Of a DNA stretch of 64,000 nucleotides, positions 19,930-32,208 are shown piece by piece. The DNA is taken from the NCBI GenBank assembly GCA_035350895.1, contig DAOPVC010000002.1, positions 10,639 to 74,638 of the forward strand, in the 5' to 3' direction. A model generated the notes under the pieces. The model had not been told where the DNA came from and did not search any database. It worked only from the letters and a program-made list of their open reading frames with translations. The DNA comes from Smithella sp. (GTDB lineage: Bacteria > Desulfobacterota > Syntrophia > Syntrophales > Smithellaceae). Every line of letters begins with the position of its first letter. Position 1 is the stretch's first letter. Both the position numbers and the translations under genes were made by a program.

Positions 19930-20064
19930 ATTCGGTGATTTGATTTCCTGTCGCTCAAGAAACCGGGAAGACTAAAATAAAAACAAGATACTGATTAATC
20001 AAAACATCGGCACATCAAACGCTTTCCAATTTTTATCTTATTTTTTTTGATTACAAAAAAATCC

Positions 20065-20106
20065 TTGACAACCAATGCTGAGTAGATTAATCACTAGTTA
20101 ATCGAT
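20065..20106 (+). promoter_or_regulatory. candidate promoter (TTGACA at 20065-20070) overlapped by palindrome GATTAA-N7-TTAATC (20085-20103)
   Basis: Consensus -35 hexamer. An AT-rich inverted repeat sits where the -10 should be. Lies 35-75 nt upstream of the Rrf2 gene. Confidence 0.45.
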
Positions 20107-20139
20107 AGTGTTTGTAGTAATTAATGCAGGAGTGACGAT

Positions 20140-20577
20140 ATGAAGCTTTCCACGCGATCCCGCTACGGGCTGAGATTAATGCTGGTTTTGGCCAGAAATT
20201 ACGGGAAAGGCAATACTTTTCTTAAGGATATTGCCCGTGAAGAGGATATTTCCGAGAAATATCTCAGTCTTATAATAATCCCTCTCAAAGGAGTCGGACT
20301 GGTTAACTCTGTAAGGGGGGCGTCCGGAGGTTATACACTGGCCCGGGACCCATCACAGATAACGCTCAAGGATATTGTGGATGTTCTAGAAGGGGATTGT
20401 CTGGTTGATTGTCTGAAAGATCCCAAGTCCTGCTCCAGGGTCAGCACCTGCGCCAGTCATGATATTTGGGCCATGCTGGGTGGTAAGATATCAGAGACCT
20501 TGAGCGGGATAACGCTGGAACAGCTTGTCAGGATGAATCAAGATAAATGGGAAAAGTCAGTCAGTCCTTCCATATAA
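20140..20577 (+). CDS. Rrf2-family transcriptional regulator (IscR/CymR-like, Cys-containing)
   Basis: MKLSTRSRYGLRLM, wHTH GGYTLARDP, and a Cys cluster (CLVDCLKDPKSCSRVSTC). Confidence 0.9.
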   Translation: MKLSTRSRYGLRLMLVLARNYGKGNTFLKDIAREEDISEKYLSLIIIPLKGVGLVNSVRGASGGYTLARDPSQITLKDIVDVLEGDCLVDCLKDPKSCSRVSTCASHDIWAMLGGKISETLSGITLEQLVRMNQDKWEKSVSPSI

Positions 20578-20601
20578 TTTTTTAGGGAGCGAGCAGAACG
20601 A

Positions 20602-21651
20602 ATGAATAAAAAAGTTTTAATGGCCATGAGCGGCGGTGTGGATTCCTCCGTTGCCGCTCTGCTGCTCAAAAATGAAGGTTATGATGTTTCCGGCGTGACG
20701 ATGTGTCTGGGTATTTCGACTGAAGATGACGCTAAGTGCTGCGGCGCTTCGGCGATTGAGGACGCCAAAAGAGTCTGTGACCGGCTTCGGATTCCTCATT
20801 ATGTTTTCGATTACGCTTCCCAGCTGGAAGAAAAGGTCATCGCCCATTTCATCAGCGAATATCAAAAAGGAAGAACGCCCAATCCCTGTGTAGAATGCAA
20901 CCGTCATCTGAAATTTGGCACGCTTCTGGAGAAAGCGCTGGCGCTGGGCTTTGATTTTCTTGCGACGGGTCATTACGCGGCCATTGAAAAAAATGAAAAC
21001 GGTTCTTTTCTGAAAAGACCAAAAGATAAAAAGAAGGATCAGACCTATTTTCTCTATGCGATCCCTTATCAGAGGTTGGACAATATATTATTTCCTCTCG
21101 CTCAATTTACAAAGGATGAGGTGAGAAATTTAGCAAAACAGCATTCCCTTCCCGTGGCGGCAAAACAGGAGAGTCAGGATATTTGTTTTGTCACGCAGAA
21201 AAATTCTCAGGCATTTCTTCTGGAACGAATACGGGAAAGCAAGCCGGGACCGATCATGGATGTGCACGGGAAAGTTCTCGGCAATCATCGCGGAATTATC
21301 TTTCACACGATCGGACAACGGGGAGGCCTGGGCATCAGCCATCCCACGCCGCTGTATGTTGTGTCCATTGATCCGGTGAAGAACCGCATCGTTGTCGGTG
21401 AAAAAAAAGATTTAATGGGGAAAGGTCTTGTCGCCGCGGATGTGAACAATCTGGCTGAAAAGTGGCCCATACCGGTACACGCGAAAATCAGATACCGGAA
21501 AAAAGAAGCGCTTTGCGAAGTCCGGGAAGAAAACGGAAAATTGAAAGTCGTATTTGTCGAAGAACAGGAGGCCATTACTCCCGGACAGTCCGTGGTTTTT
21601 TACGATCACGACCGGGTTCTGGGCGGCGGAATCATCGATGAGGTCTTATAG
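20602..21651 (+). CDS. mnmA: tRNA 2-thiouridine(34) synthase
   Basis: PP-loop MSGGVDSSVAA, catalytic Cys region NPCVECN, GHYA and DQTYFL motifs. Confidence 0.93.
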   Translation: MNKKVLMAMSGGVDSSVAALLLKNEGYDVSGVTMCLGISTEDDAKCCGASAIEDAKRVCDRLRIPHYVFDYASQLEEKVIAHFISEYQKGRTPNPCVECNRHLKFGTLLEKALALGFDFLATGHYAAIEKNENGSFLKRPKDKKKDQTYFLYAIPYQRLDNILFPLAQFTKDEVRNLAKQHSLPVAAKQESQDICFVTQKNSQAFLLERIRESKPGPIMDVHGKVLGNHRGIIFHTIGQRGGLGISHPTPLYVVSIDPVKNRIVVGEKKDLMGKGLVAADVNNLAEKWPIPVHAKIRYRKKEALCEVREENGKLKVVFVEEQEAITPGQSVVFYDHDRVLGGGIIDEVL

Positions 21652-21746
21652 CAAGTTGCTGTCAAAAGAATTTTTGAAAACTTACTTCGTATTGTACCCG
21701 ATAAACCAACCACATTATTTTTTATACTTTGTTTAGTAGGCATTGC

Positions 21747-23974
<2,228 letters not shown>

Positions 23975-23989
23975 TGGAAGGAGGCTTTT

Positions 23990-24925
23990 ATGTCCAGAAT
24001 ATTTGAAGATATTACCAAAACCGTCGGGAACACGCCGCTGGTGCGTCTCCGCAGACTGAACCAGGGATTGAATGCGGAAATTCTTGTCAAGATGGAATCC
24101 TTCAATCCGCTTTCCAGCGTCAAGGACAGAATCGGTGTTGCCATGATCGAGGCCGCGGAAAAAGACGGTCTGATCAAGCAGGACAGCGTGATCATTGAAC
24201 CGACCAGCGGCAATACGGGAATCGCATTGGCCTTTGTCTGCGCTGCCAGGGGGTATCGCCTGATCCTCACGATGCCGGAAACGATGAGCATGGAGCGGCG
24301 GCAACTGCTTTCAATTCTGGGTGCGGAACTTGTGCTGACTGAAGGCGCAAAAGGCATGAAGGGGGCTATTGAGAAGGCGGAAGAACTGGCGGCAAGCCAT
24401 AAAAACAGTTTCATGCCTCAGCAGTTTAAAAATCCGGCCAATCCGGAAATGCACCGCCGGACGACAGCGCTGGAAATCTGGAACGATACGGACGGCAACG
24501 TTGATTATCTTGTTGCCGGCGTCGGCACGGGCGGAACGATTACCGGTATCGGAGAGATTTTGAAACAGAAAAAGCCTTCCATAAAAATCATCGCCGTGGA
24601 ACCGGTCGATTCTCCGGTGCTCTCCGGCGGCAAGCCCGGTCCGCACAAAATTCAGGGGATTGGCGCCGGTTTCGTGCCGGAGGTGCTTAACCGAAGTCTG
24701 ATTGATGAAATTATCCCGGTGGCTCATGAAAACGCCGGAGAAACGGCTCGGAGCATCGCTAAGGAAGAGGGGATTCTTGTGGGAATATCCAGCGGCGCCG
24801 CTTTGTGGGCCGCGCTGGAAGTGGCCCGAAGAAAGGAAGCAGAGGGAAAAACAATCGTGGCCGTTTTGCCGGACAGCGGAGAACGGTACTTATCAACCTG
24901 GTTATTTCAGAAGCAACATGGATAA
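23990..24925 (+). CDS. cysK: cysteine synthase A (O-acetylserine sulfhydrylase)
   Basis: [11 protein letters not shown] lysine motif [27 protein letters not shown]. Confidence 0.93.
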   Translation: MSRIFEDITKTVGNTPLVRLRRLNQGLNAEILVKMESFNPLSSVKDRIGVAMIEAAEKDGLIKQDSVIIEPTSGNTGIALAFVCAARGYRLILTMPETMSMERRQLLSILGAELVLTEGAKGMKGAIEKAEELAASHKNSFMPQQFKNPANPEMHRRTTALEIWNDTDGNVDYLVAGVGTGGTITGIGEILKQKKPSIKIIAVEPVDSPVLSGGKPGPHKIQGIGAGFVPEVLNRSLIDEIIPVAHENAGETARSIAKEEGILVGISSGAALWAALEVARRKEAEGKTIVAVLPDSGERYLSTWLFQKQHG

Positions 24926-24938
24926 AGGTCATTGAACA

Positions 24939-26111
24939 GTGAAGAAGGCCATACGCGAAAGAACGAATAATAATTCAATCGGAGTTGTGGAACCGCAGTA
25001 TTACACGTTCGCCGGACCGGGCAATGAATTGAATCTCGAAAGCGGAGAAAAATTGAGTCCGTTCACCCTTGCTTACGAGACATACGGCGCGTTGAATGCT
25101 GATCAATCCAATGCGATTCTTGTCCTTCACGCTCTTTCCGGAGATGCTCATGCGGCCGGAATATCTCTGGATGATCACAGCGTGGGCTGGTGGAATGATA
25201 TGATCGGCCCGGATAAGGCCTTTGATACGAATCGCTATTTTGTTGTCTGCTCCAATGTGATTGGCGGCTGTAAAGGGTCTACAGGCCCATCGTCCGTCAA
25301 TCCGGCTACGGGCAAACATTATGCACTGGATTTCCCTTTTATCACCGTGGCCGATATGGTCCATGCCCAGCGGCATCTGATCGATCATTTAGGCATTGAC
25401 AAACTGTTGTGCGTCGCCGGCGGTTCGATGGGGGGCATGCAGGCGCTTCAATGGGTCGCCTCGTATTCGAATCGTGTCCGCTCGGCAATTGTGATTGCTT
25501 CGACGTTGAAGCACTCTCCCCAGCAGATTGCCTTTAATGAAGTTGTCAGACAATCCATTATGGCGGATCCGTCCTGGCATGAAGGAGATTACTACGGGTG
25601 CGGACAACCCGAAAAAGGGCTTTCGGTGGCCCGTATGATCGGTCATATCACTTTCATGAGCGATAAATCCATGGAGGATAAATTTTCCCGGCGGCTGAAA
25701 AGCGATCGTTTCAGCTTCGGATTTGACCCTGATTTTGAGGTGGAGCGATATCTGCATTACCGGGGGCTGAATTTCGTAAAGCGCTTTGACGCCAATTCCT
25801 ATCTTTATATTACCAAGGCGATAGATTATTTCGATCTGTCGGGAATGAAGCTTATTCCGTTTCGGAAGTCAATCAACACACGATTTTTGATTATTTCCTT
25901 TAAGTCCGACTGGCTCTATCCTTCGCATCAATCGCAGGAAATTGTCCGTTTGCTTAAAAACAGACATGCGGACGCGACCTATTGCGAGTTGAGTTCCACA
26001 TACGGTCACGACGCTTTTCTGGTGGAAATAAAGGAACAAACAACGCTGATAAAACATTTTCTGGATAAAACGTTCAACGGTTATATGGTGACGGGGAAAC
26101 ATGACATCTGA
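24939..26111 (+). CDS. metX: homoserine O-acetyltransferase
   Basis: Alpha/beta hydrolase with nucleophile motif GGSMGGMQALQW and characteristic HALSGDAH. Confidence 0.9.
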   Translation: MKKAIRERTNNNSIGVVEPQYYTFAGPGNELNLESGEKLSPFTLAYETYGALNADQSNAILVLHALSGDAHAAGISLDDHSVGWWNDMIGPDKAFDTNRYFVVCSNVIGGCKGSTGPSSVNPATGKHYALDFPFITVADMVHAQRHLIDHLGIDKLLCVAGGSMGGMQALQWVASYSNRVRSAIVIASTLKHSPQQIAFNEVVRQSIMADPSWHEGDYYGCGQPEKGLSVARMIGHITFMSDKSMEDKFSRRLKSDRFSFGFDPDFEVERYLHYRGLNFVKRFDANSYLYITKAIDYFDLSGMKLIPFRKSINTRFLIISFKSDWLYPSHQSQEIVRLLKNRHADATYCELSSTYGHDAFLVEIKEQTTLIKHFLDKTFNGYMVTGKHDI

Positions 26112-26814
26112 CAATATTCATCTGGATCACAAGGTTATTTGTTCAATCATCGAACCGTATTCGCGCGTGCTGGATCTGGGATGCGGAGAAGGCGAGCTTT
26201 TGTATCCACTCGTCCGGGACAAGCACGTGCGGGCACAGGGAATCGAGCTTGATGATCAGGCTATTCAGGAATGTGTTAAAAAAGGCTTGAGTGTTTTTCA
26301 TGACGATATTGAAAGCGGCTTGCGGGAATATCCCGATGCATCATTCGATTATGTCATTTTGAATCAAAGTATGCAGGAAGTTAAAAAAGTGGACTGTGTC
26401 ATTCAGGAGGCGCTGCGCATCGGCACGAAGGTCGTGATCGGATTCCCCAATTTTGCCTATATTAAATCGAGGGTCGCCCTGTTTTTTCAGGGCAAGTCGC
26501 CGATTACGGCATCACTGCCGTATTTGTGGTATGATACACCCAACGTCCGTTTTCTAAGCATTAAGGATTTTGAAGTTTTTTGTGCGGGGAAAAAAATCCG
26601 GATTGTGGAAGCTCATTACCTTGGGGAAAAAACAAGGGTGCGGTTTCTGCCGAATCTTTTTGCCCTTAACGCCGTCTTTGTTCTCACAAATCACGGGTAT
26701 GAACCTCAAAGTAAAATGCAGGGTGTTATACCCTCCGCTACGCGGGATTGTTCAACTAACCAATGCCGATGCACTGCACTTTCGGAACTGGAGTTTCACA
26801 ATAAAAAAAGATGA
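26101..26814 (+). CDS. metW: methionine biosynthesis protein MetW, with an approximately 40-aa C-terminal extension read through a repeat element
   Basis: VLDLGCGEGELL SAM motif and an 11-nt overlap with metX. The last roughly 125 nt of the ORF are the repeat copy at 26689-26802. Confidence 0.85.
   Translation: MTSDNIHLDHKVICSIIEPYSRVLDLGCGEGELLYPLVRDKHVRAQGIELDDQAIQECVKKGLSVFHDDIESGLREYPDASFDYVILNQSMQEVKKVDCVIQEALRIGTKVVIGFPNFAYIKSRVALFFQGKSPITASLPYLWYDTPNVRFLSIKDFEVFCAGKKIRIVEAHYLGEKTRVRFLPNLFALNAVFVLTNHGYEPQSKMQGVIPSATRDCSTNQCRCTALSELEFHNKKR
26689..26802 (+). repeat. B-family modular repeat copy (head AATCACGGGTATGAAC ... GATTGTTCAACTAAC ... GAGTTTCACAAT)
   Basis: Shares head, unit and tail motifs with copies at 34.7, 43.3, 45.3, 52.2 and 52.6 kb. 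Confidence 0.7.
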
Positions 26815-26821
26815 GGCGCGG

Positions 26822-26850
26822 TTGAAATTTTATCAAGCGGTGCATACTAT
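26822..26850 (+). promoter_or_regulatory. sigma70-type promoter TTGAAA-N17-TACTAT
   Basis: Hexamers at 26822-26827 and 26845-26850, 72 nt upstream of the nifU ATG. Confidence 0.55.
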
Positions 26851-26921
26851 ACGTTATAGGGTTTGCTAAAACGGGACAGATTGATCTAACCATCACAACA
26901 AATCAGATTTAAGGAGTGTTT

Positions 26922-27746
26922 ATGTGGGAATACACAGATAAAGTGAAAGAGCACTTTCTTAATCCGCGTAATGTGGGCGAAATCGAGAATCCGGACGGCG
27001 TGGCCGAGGTCGGGTCGCTGGCCTGCGGAGACGCTTTGAAATTGACCTTCAAACTGGATGAGAACAAACGCATCCGGGATGCGAAGTTTAAAACATTCGG
27101 CTGCGCCAGTGCAATTGCTTCATCCTCGGCTCTGACGGAAATGATCAAGGGCATGACGGTGGATGAAGCGCTCAAGGTCACCAATCAGGACATCGCTCAA
27201 TATCTGGGCGGTCTGCCGGATGAAAAAATGCACTGTTCCGTGATGGGCAAGCAGGCGCTGGAAAAAGCGATTGAAAATTATCGCGGCGCTCCGGCGCTGG
27301 AGCCGGGAGCAAAAATCATCTGCGAATGCTTTGGCGTTACCGACAAGGAAATTGAACGGGCGATCCGCGAAAACAATCTGGCCACCGTGGAAGAGGTGAC
27401 CAATTATACCAAAGCCGGCGGCGGGTGCGGCAACTGCCAGGACGCCATTGCCCAGATTCTGGAGCGGGTGAAGGCGGACGGGAAATCCGACGTCAGGCCA
27501 AAACTGACAAACCTTCAAAGAATAAGACTGATTGAAGAAACCATTGAACGCGAAATTCGCCCCTCGCTCAAACATGACGGCGGCGATATTGAAATTATCG
27601 ATATTATCGGCAATCGCGTGATCGTGGCCCTGCGCGGCGCCTGCGCAACCTGCAAGGCGTCGAATATCACCCTGAAGGATTTTGTCGAGCACCGGCTCAG
27701 GGAACTGGTTGTGCCGGACATTACCGTTGAGGAGGCGTCAAAATGA
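26922..27746 (+). CDS. nifU: Fe-S cluster assembly scaffold NifU (IscU-like N-domain, central 2Fe-2S domain, Nfu C-domain)
   Basis: GSLACGDA, FGCASAIASS and HCSV IscU motifs; CECFGV...GGGCGNC central domain; C-terminal GACATC. AAGGAG RBS at 26911. Confidence 0.92.
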   Translation: MWEYTDKVKEHFLNPRNVGEIENPDGVAEVGSLACGDALKLTFKLDENKRIRDAKFKTFGCASAIASSSALTEMIKGMTVDEALKVTNQDIAQYLGGLPDEKMHCSVMGKQALEKAIENYRGAPALEPGAKIICECFGVTDKEIERAIRENNLATVEEVTNYTKAGGGCGNCQDAIAQILERVKADGKSDVRPKLTNLQRIRLIEETIEREIRPSLKHDGGDIEIIDIIGNRVIVALRGACATCKASNITLKDFVEHRLRELVVPDITVEEASK

Positions 27747-28924
27747 AGACCGTTTATCTGGACAATAATGCGACGACAAAAGTCGCCGACGAAGTTCTGG
27801 AAGCGATGCTTCCTTATTTTGCCGAATTATACGGCAATCCATCCAGCATGCATACCTTCGGCGGTCAGGTCGGCCAGAGGATCCGTGACGCTCGCGAACA
27901 CGTAGCGGCGCTGTTGGGAGCTCTGCCCGATGAAATCGTTTTTACCAGTTGCGGAACGGAAAGCGACAACGCCGCCATTCGCTCGGCCTTACTGACCAAA
28001 CCGGATAAAAAACACATCGTGATCAGCCGCGTGGAGCATCCTGCAATCCGCGCTCTGTGCTCGCATCTGGGAGCACAGGGTTATAAAATAACCGAACTGC
28101 CTGTGGATAAGAACGGGATGCTTGATCTGGAAAACCTGGAAAAAACCCTGACACCCGACACCGCGATTGTCAGTCTCATGTGGGGAAATAATGAAACGGG
28201 CGTTCTCTTCCCCGTAGAAGAAGCCGCCGGCTTGGCTCATGAAAAAGGCATTCTCTTTCACACCGATGCGGTTCAGGCCGCCGGTAAAATACCCATCAAT
28301 ATGAAAAACAACAGGATCGACATGCTGTCCATTTCCGGACACAAGCTGCACGCGCCGAAGGGAATCGGCGTTCTTTATATCCGGCGCGGAACAAAATTTT
28401 CACCTTTCCTGATCGGCGGCCATCAGGAAAAGGGGCGTCGCGGTGGAACGGAAAACTCAGCGAGCATCATCGGATTGGGCAAGGCCTGCGAACTGGCTGC
28501 AAACAATATGGAGACGGAAAACATCCGGGTAAGGCGCCTGCGGGATAAACTGGAACGGGAACTCTTGAAGAAGATTCCGCAAAGCCGTGTCAACGGCGAT
28601 ATCCAGACCCGCCTGCCCAACACGACCAACATCAGTTTTGAATATGTGGAGGGGGAAGCTATTTTGCTTCTGATGAATGAACTGGGCATTTGCGCGTCGT
28701 CCGGCTCGGCCTGCACATCGGGCTCACTGCAACCCTCGCATGTTTTGCGGGCGATGGGCGTGCCGTTTACGATGGCGCATGGCTCCATCCGTTTCAGCCT
28801 GAGCGTCTACAATACGGAAGAGGAAGTGGATTTTGTCATTGAGAAAATGCCCGCCATTATTGAGCGGCTGCGGGGCATGTCACCCTTCTGGAATCAGGCG
28901 GGGCAGGCCTGCGCCAATCAATAG
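27743..28924 (+). CDS. nifS: cysteine desulfurase
   Basis: PLP lysine motif SGHKLHAPKGIG, active-site loop SSGSACTSG, ATGA overlap with nifU. Confidence 0.93.
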   Translation: MKTVYLDNNATTKVADEVLEAMLPYFAELYGNPSSMHTFGGQVGQRIRDAREHVAALLGALPDEIVFTSCGTESDNAAIRSALLTKPDKKHIVISRVEHPAIRALCSHLGAQGYKITELPVDKNGMLDLENLEKTLTPDTAIVSLMWGNNETGVLFPVEEAAGLAHEKGILFHTDAVQAAGKIPINMKNNRIDMLSISGHKLHAPKGIGVLYIRRGTKFSPFLIGGHQEKGRRGGTENSASIIGLGKACELAANNMETENIRVRRLRDKLERELLKKIPQSRVNGDIQTRLPNTTNISFEYVEGEAILLLMNELGICASSGSACTSGSLQPSHVLRAMGVPFTMAHGSIRFSLSVYNTEEEVDFVIEKMPAIIERLRGMSPFWNQAGQACANQ

Positions 28925-28933
28925 GAGCAAGGA

Positions 28934-29923
28934 ATGATGAAGCGTTTGAGAAACGGCGATAAATGCAAAAATGAAATCAAGAAGGAAAAAAGTTTTCGCA
29001 ATGAGGTCCCCGCAATTGTTGACGCGCTTGTCTCTTCGTGCAGTCGAGGCGGATGTTTTGATCACGTCAGCGCCGAACCGATCCCGCACCGCGAAGCGAT
29101 TATTGACATTCTCCACCGTTTGGCGCTGATTCTGTATCCGGGATATTTTATCCGCACACGTTTGGATTCGGTCAATCTGGAGTATTATCTAGGACAACAG
29201 ATGACCGCATTGTATGAAAACCTTTCCGAACAGATGATCCTGGCCATTCGACATGACTGCATCCGCCACGGGAAACCCTGTGTTCACTGCGAATCGCTGG
29301 GTCATCAGTTGACGGTGGAATTTCTTCGCAAGCTGCCGGCGTTGCGGACGATGCTCGCCGGAGATATCCGCGCCTCTCTGGAAGGCGACCCGGCGGCGAA
29401 GGGGTACGATGAAATCATCTTCAGCTATCCGGGCATCCGCGCCATCACAGTTTACCGGATCGCGCATGAGCTTTATCATTTGAATATTCCGCTGATACCG
29501 AGAATCATGACGGAATACGCGCACAGCCGAACCGGGATTGATATTCATCCCGGCGCGCACATCGGCGAGAGTTTTTTCATTGATCACGGCACCGGCGTCG
29601 TTATCGGCGAAACCTGCGTGATCGGCAATCGCGTGCGCATCTATCAGGGTGTCACGCTGGGCGCGATTTCTTTATCCAAGTCGGAGGTCAGGAAGCTACG
29701 ATCTAAAAAGCGACATCCGTCCATTGAAGATGATGTAATCATCTATGCCAATGCCACGATTCTGGGCGGCGATACCGTTGTCGGAGCGCGTTCAATCATC
29801 GGCGGCAACGTCTGGCTGACGCATTCCGTCCCGCCGGACACAGAAGTATTCATTAAGAAGCAGGATCTGATTTTCGGAGCAAAACAGTATAAGAAACAGG
29901 CGTCTAAACAAAAGTTGCTCTAA
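28934..29923 (+). CDS. cysE: serine O-acetyltransferase (long form)
   Basis: Left-handed beta-helix hexapeptide block IDIHPGAHIGESFFIDHGTGVVIGETCVIGNRVRIYQGVTLG. Confidence 0.85.
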   Translation: MMKRLRNGDKCKNEIKKEKSFRNEVPAIVDALVSSCSRGGCFDHVSAEPIPHREAIIDILHRLALILYPGYFIRTRLDSVNLEYYLGQQMTALYENLSEQMILAIRHDCIRHGKPCVHCESLGHQLTVEFLRKLPALRTMLAGDIRASLEGDPAAKGYDEIIFSYPGIRAITVYRIAHELYHLNIPLIPRIMTEYAHSRTGIDIHPGAHIGESFFIDHGTGVVIGETCVIGNRVRIYQGVTLGAISLSKSEVRKLRSKKRHPSIEDDVIIYANATILGGDTVVGARSIIGGNVWLTHSVPPDTEVFIKKQDLIFGAKQYKKQASKQKLL

Positions 29924-29965
29924 ATGGATGAGCTACGCTGATTATTGAATTACCGATGAAAAAAT

Positions 29966-30763
29966 ATGGATGAACGATTGTTTGCTGTTTTTGACATCAA
30001 AGAAATTGTTGACGATAACGGCGTACCTCGCCTGCGCGATGGTGAGAAAGACGTTATCGGCGAGATATCGCTGAAAATTTATATCAACGGAACGGAATAC
30101 GCCTCTCTGCTGTGCCTCAATCAACTGACGGAGGAACTGGCTATCGGATTCCTTTACAGCGAGGGCGTCATTGACTCCTTCCGGGACATCGCATCGATCA
30201 ATTACAATGAACGTCTTTTTGCCGTCATGATTGATCTTGCCGCCGGAAAATCAGTTGATAAGTGTGAAAGTCTGCGCAGTGTCACGTCGGGATGCGGAAA
30301 ATGCTTTACCTACATCAATCCCCTCAAACATGATAAATTTCTGCCGGTGCCGGATGTGGATAAATTCTCCCTTGCCGATATCCTGCGGGCCATGCGGGAG
30401 TTCGAACAGAGCTCCGAACTATACCGGTCCGTCGGCGGCGTTCATAGCGTTCTGTTTCACCAGGATAAATTTTCCGTTTTTAATGAGGATATCGGGCGGC
30501 ACAACTGTTTCGACAAAATCGCAGGCGTCCTCATTAGAAACGATCAAATGCATCTTATCAACACAGGGATGATGTTCGTGAGCGGCAGAGTGTCTTCGGA
30601 AATCATTACGAAGGTGATCAGGATGGGCGTTCCGGTTCTCGTTTCCAGATCAACACCCACGGCCGCAGCAGTTAACCTGGCCAGAGAATACAATGTCACG
30701 CTGCTAGGGTATGTGAGAAGCAATTCAGGATATGTCTATTCGGGAGAAAAGCGTTTAATATAA
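29966..30763 (+). CDS. fdhD: formate dehydrogenase accessory sulfurtransferase
   Basis: TSGCGKC persulfide loop, GGVHS, GRHNCFDK. Confidence 0.88.
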   Translation: MDERLFAVFDIKEIVDDNGVPRLRDGEKDVIGEISLKIYINGTEYASLLCLNQLTEELAIGFLYSEGVIDSFRDIASINYNERLFAVMIDLAAGKSVDKCESLRSVTSGCGKCFTYINPLKHDKFLPVPDVDKFSLADILRAMREFEQSSELYRSVGGVHSVLFHQDKFSVFNEDIGRHNCFDKIAGVLIRNDQMHLINTGMMFVSGRVSSEIITKVIRMGVPVLVSRSTPTAAAVNLAREYNVTLLGYVRSNSGYVYSGEKRLI

Positions 30764-30778
30764 ATATGGGAGTTTTTT

Positions 30779-31237
30779 ATGAAAAAAATATGCGGGAAAA
30801 TTCTGGCCGTCAGTATCTCTGACAAAAAAGGCGAGAAAAAGAATAATATCAATTGCGGTCTGTTTCTGGAAAATCTAGGTCTCGAAAACGACGCCCACGC
30901 CGAAGCCAATATCCTCAGGCAGGTCAGCCTTCTGGCGAAGGAAAGCATTGAAAAAATCAGGGCCAAAGGCCTTGCTGTGCAGTATGGAGATTTCGCGGAA
31001 AATCTGACTACAGAGGGAATTGATCTGCCCTCCCTGCCTGTCGGTACCCGGCTGAAAATAGGGGACAAAGTCATCATGGAAGTCACGCAAATCGGCAAGG
31101 TCTGCCATAATCGATGCAATATTTTTTATACCGTGGGCGATTGCGTCATGCCCCGGGAAGGAATCTTCGCCAAAGTTTTGACGGGAGGTAGAATAAAAGT
31201 CAATGATCGAATAGAAATAGCAAATGAGGCCATATAG
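30779..31237 (+). CDS. MOSC domain-containing protein
   Basis: 152-aa beta-barrel MOSC pattern (GLENDAH..., GDFAENLTTEGIDL, conserved Cys in QIGKVCH). Confidence 0.8.
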   Translation: MKKICGKILAVSISDKKGEKKNNINCGLFLENLGLENDAHAEANILRQVSLLAKESIEKIRAKGLAVQYGDFAENLTTEGIDLPSLPVGTRLKIGDKVIMEVTQIGKVCHNRCNIFYTVGDCVMPREGIFAKVLTGGRIKVNDRIEIANEAI

Positions 31238-31403
31238 CTTTTTTGAAACATTTTCCAAAGTTACTTTATAATAATTAAACTGCTGAGTAACCACGATAGT
31301 GGCAAGTGAAGCTTTTTATCATGCGACAAGCTACCACAGTGAACTTAATGTTACCGAGACAGTTAAATCTTTTTTGATCCCATTTTAAGTATATCATTTT
31401 TGA

Positions 31404-31485
31404 ACAGTGGTAGGCATTACCTACTATTCCCCTTACAATTAATCAGTATTGTTTTCATTCCTCCCTTTTATTAATTTGTAGTCAA
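31404..31485 (+). promoter_or_regulatory. A-family cassette, strong copy A1
   Basis: GGTAGGCATTACCTAC (31409-31424), ATTAATCAGTATTGTTTTC (31438-31456), 17-nt spacer, TAATTT. Upstream of wrbA. Confidence 0.7.
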
Positions 31486-31574
31486 TAATTAAATCTATAA
31501 GGAAGAATGACATTAAAAATAATCACCGTATAATGAAAACAAATGATTATAAAAAAGAAAAGGAGAACAGGAAT

Positions 31575-32186
31575 ATGAAAGTTCTAATAGTTTATTACTC
31601 AATGTATGGTCATGTATACAAAATGGCTGAAGCTGTGGCGGAAGGTGTTAAAAAGGTTAAAGGCGCTGAAGTGAAAATATGCCGTGTGCCGGAGACTTTG
31701 TCCGATGACATTTTGAAGAAAATGGGAGCTTTGGATTTTCAGAAAAAGACCGCTCATATCAATATTTGTACCACGGATGATCTGGTTTCCGCTGATGCAA
31801 TTATCTTCGGGACACCGACACGTTTCGGTAATATGTGCGGTCAGATGCGGCAATTTCTCGATTCTACCGGATCGATTTGGGCCAAAGGACTCCTTGTCGG
31901 CAAAGTAGGAAGTGTTTTTACCAGTTCGGCAACACAACACGGCGGACAAGAATCAACTATCCTCAGCTTCCATAATACACTGCTCCATCATGGAATGATC
32001 ATCGTAGGCCTGCCTTATGCTTTTGAAGGACAAATGCGTATTGATGAAATTACCGGTTCATCTCCTTACGGCGCTTCGACCATTGTTGGCGGTAAGGGTG
32101 AAAGAATGCCTAGCGAAAATGAACTGGAGGCTGCAAGATATCAAGGCAAGCATGTTGCTCAAATTGCAGAAAAACTGGCTCATTAA
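31575..32186 (+). CDS. wrbA: NAD(P)H:quinone oxidoreductase, flavodoxin-like
   Basis: [14 protein letters not shown]..., [17 protein letters not shown]. Confidence 0.9.
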   Translation: MKVLIVYYSMYGHVYKMAEAVAEGVKKVKGAEVKICRVPETLSDDILKKMGALDFQKKTAHINICTTDDLVSADAIIFGTPTRFGNMCGQMRQFLDSTGSIWAKGLLVGKVGSVFTSSATQHGGQESTILSFHNTLLHHGMIIVGLPYAFEGQMRIDEITGSSPYGASTIVGGKGERMPSENELEAARYQGKHVAQIAEKLAH

Positions 32187-32208
32187 TATCATTTCAAGGA
32201 GGTCTTTT

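Noticed and set aside
26570-26869. 99-aa ORF overlapping the metW 3' end
   Set aside because: It is in an alternative frame of metW and the repeat element, with no RBS. The MN... peptides opened by the ATGAAC in the repeat heads are not conserved between copies.
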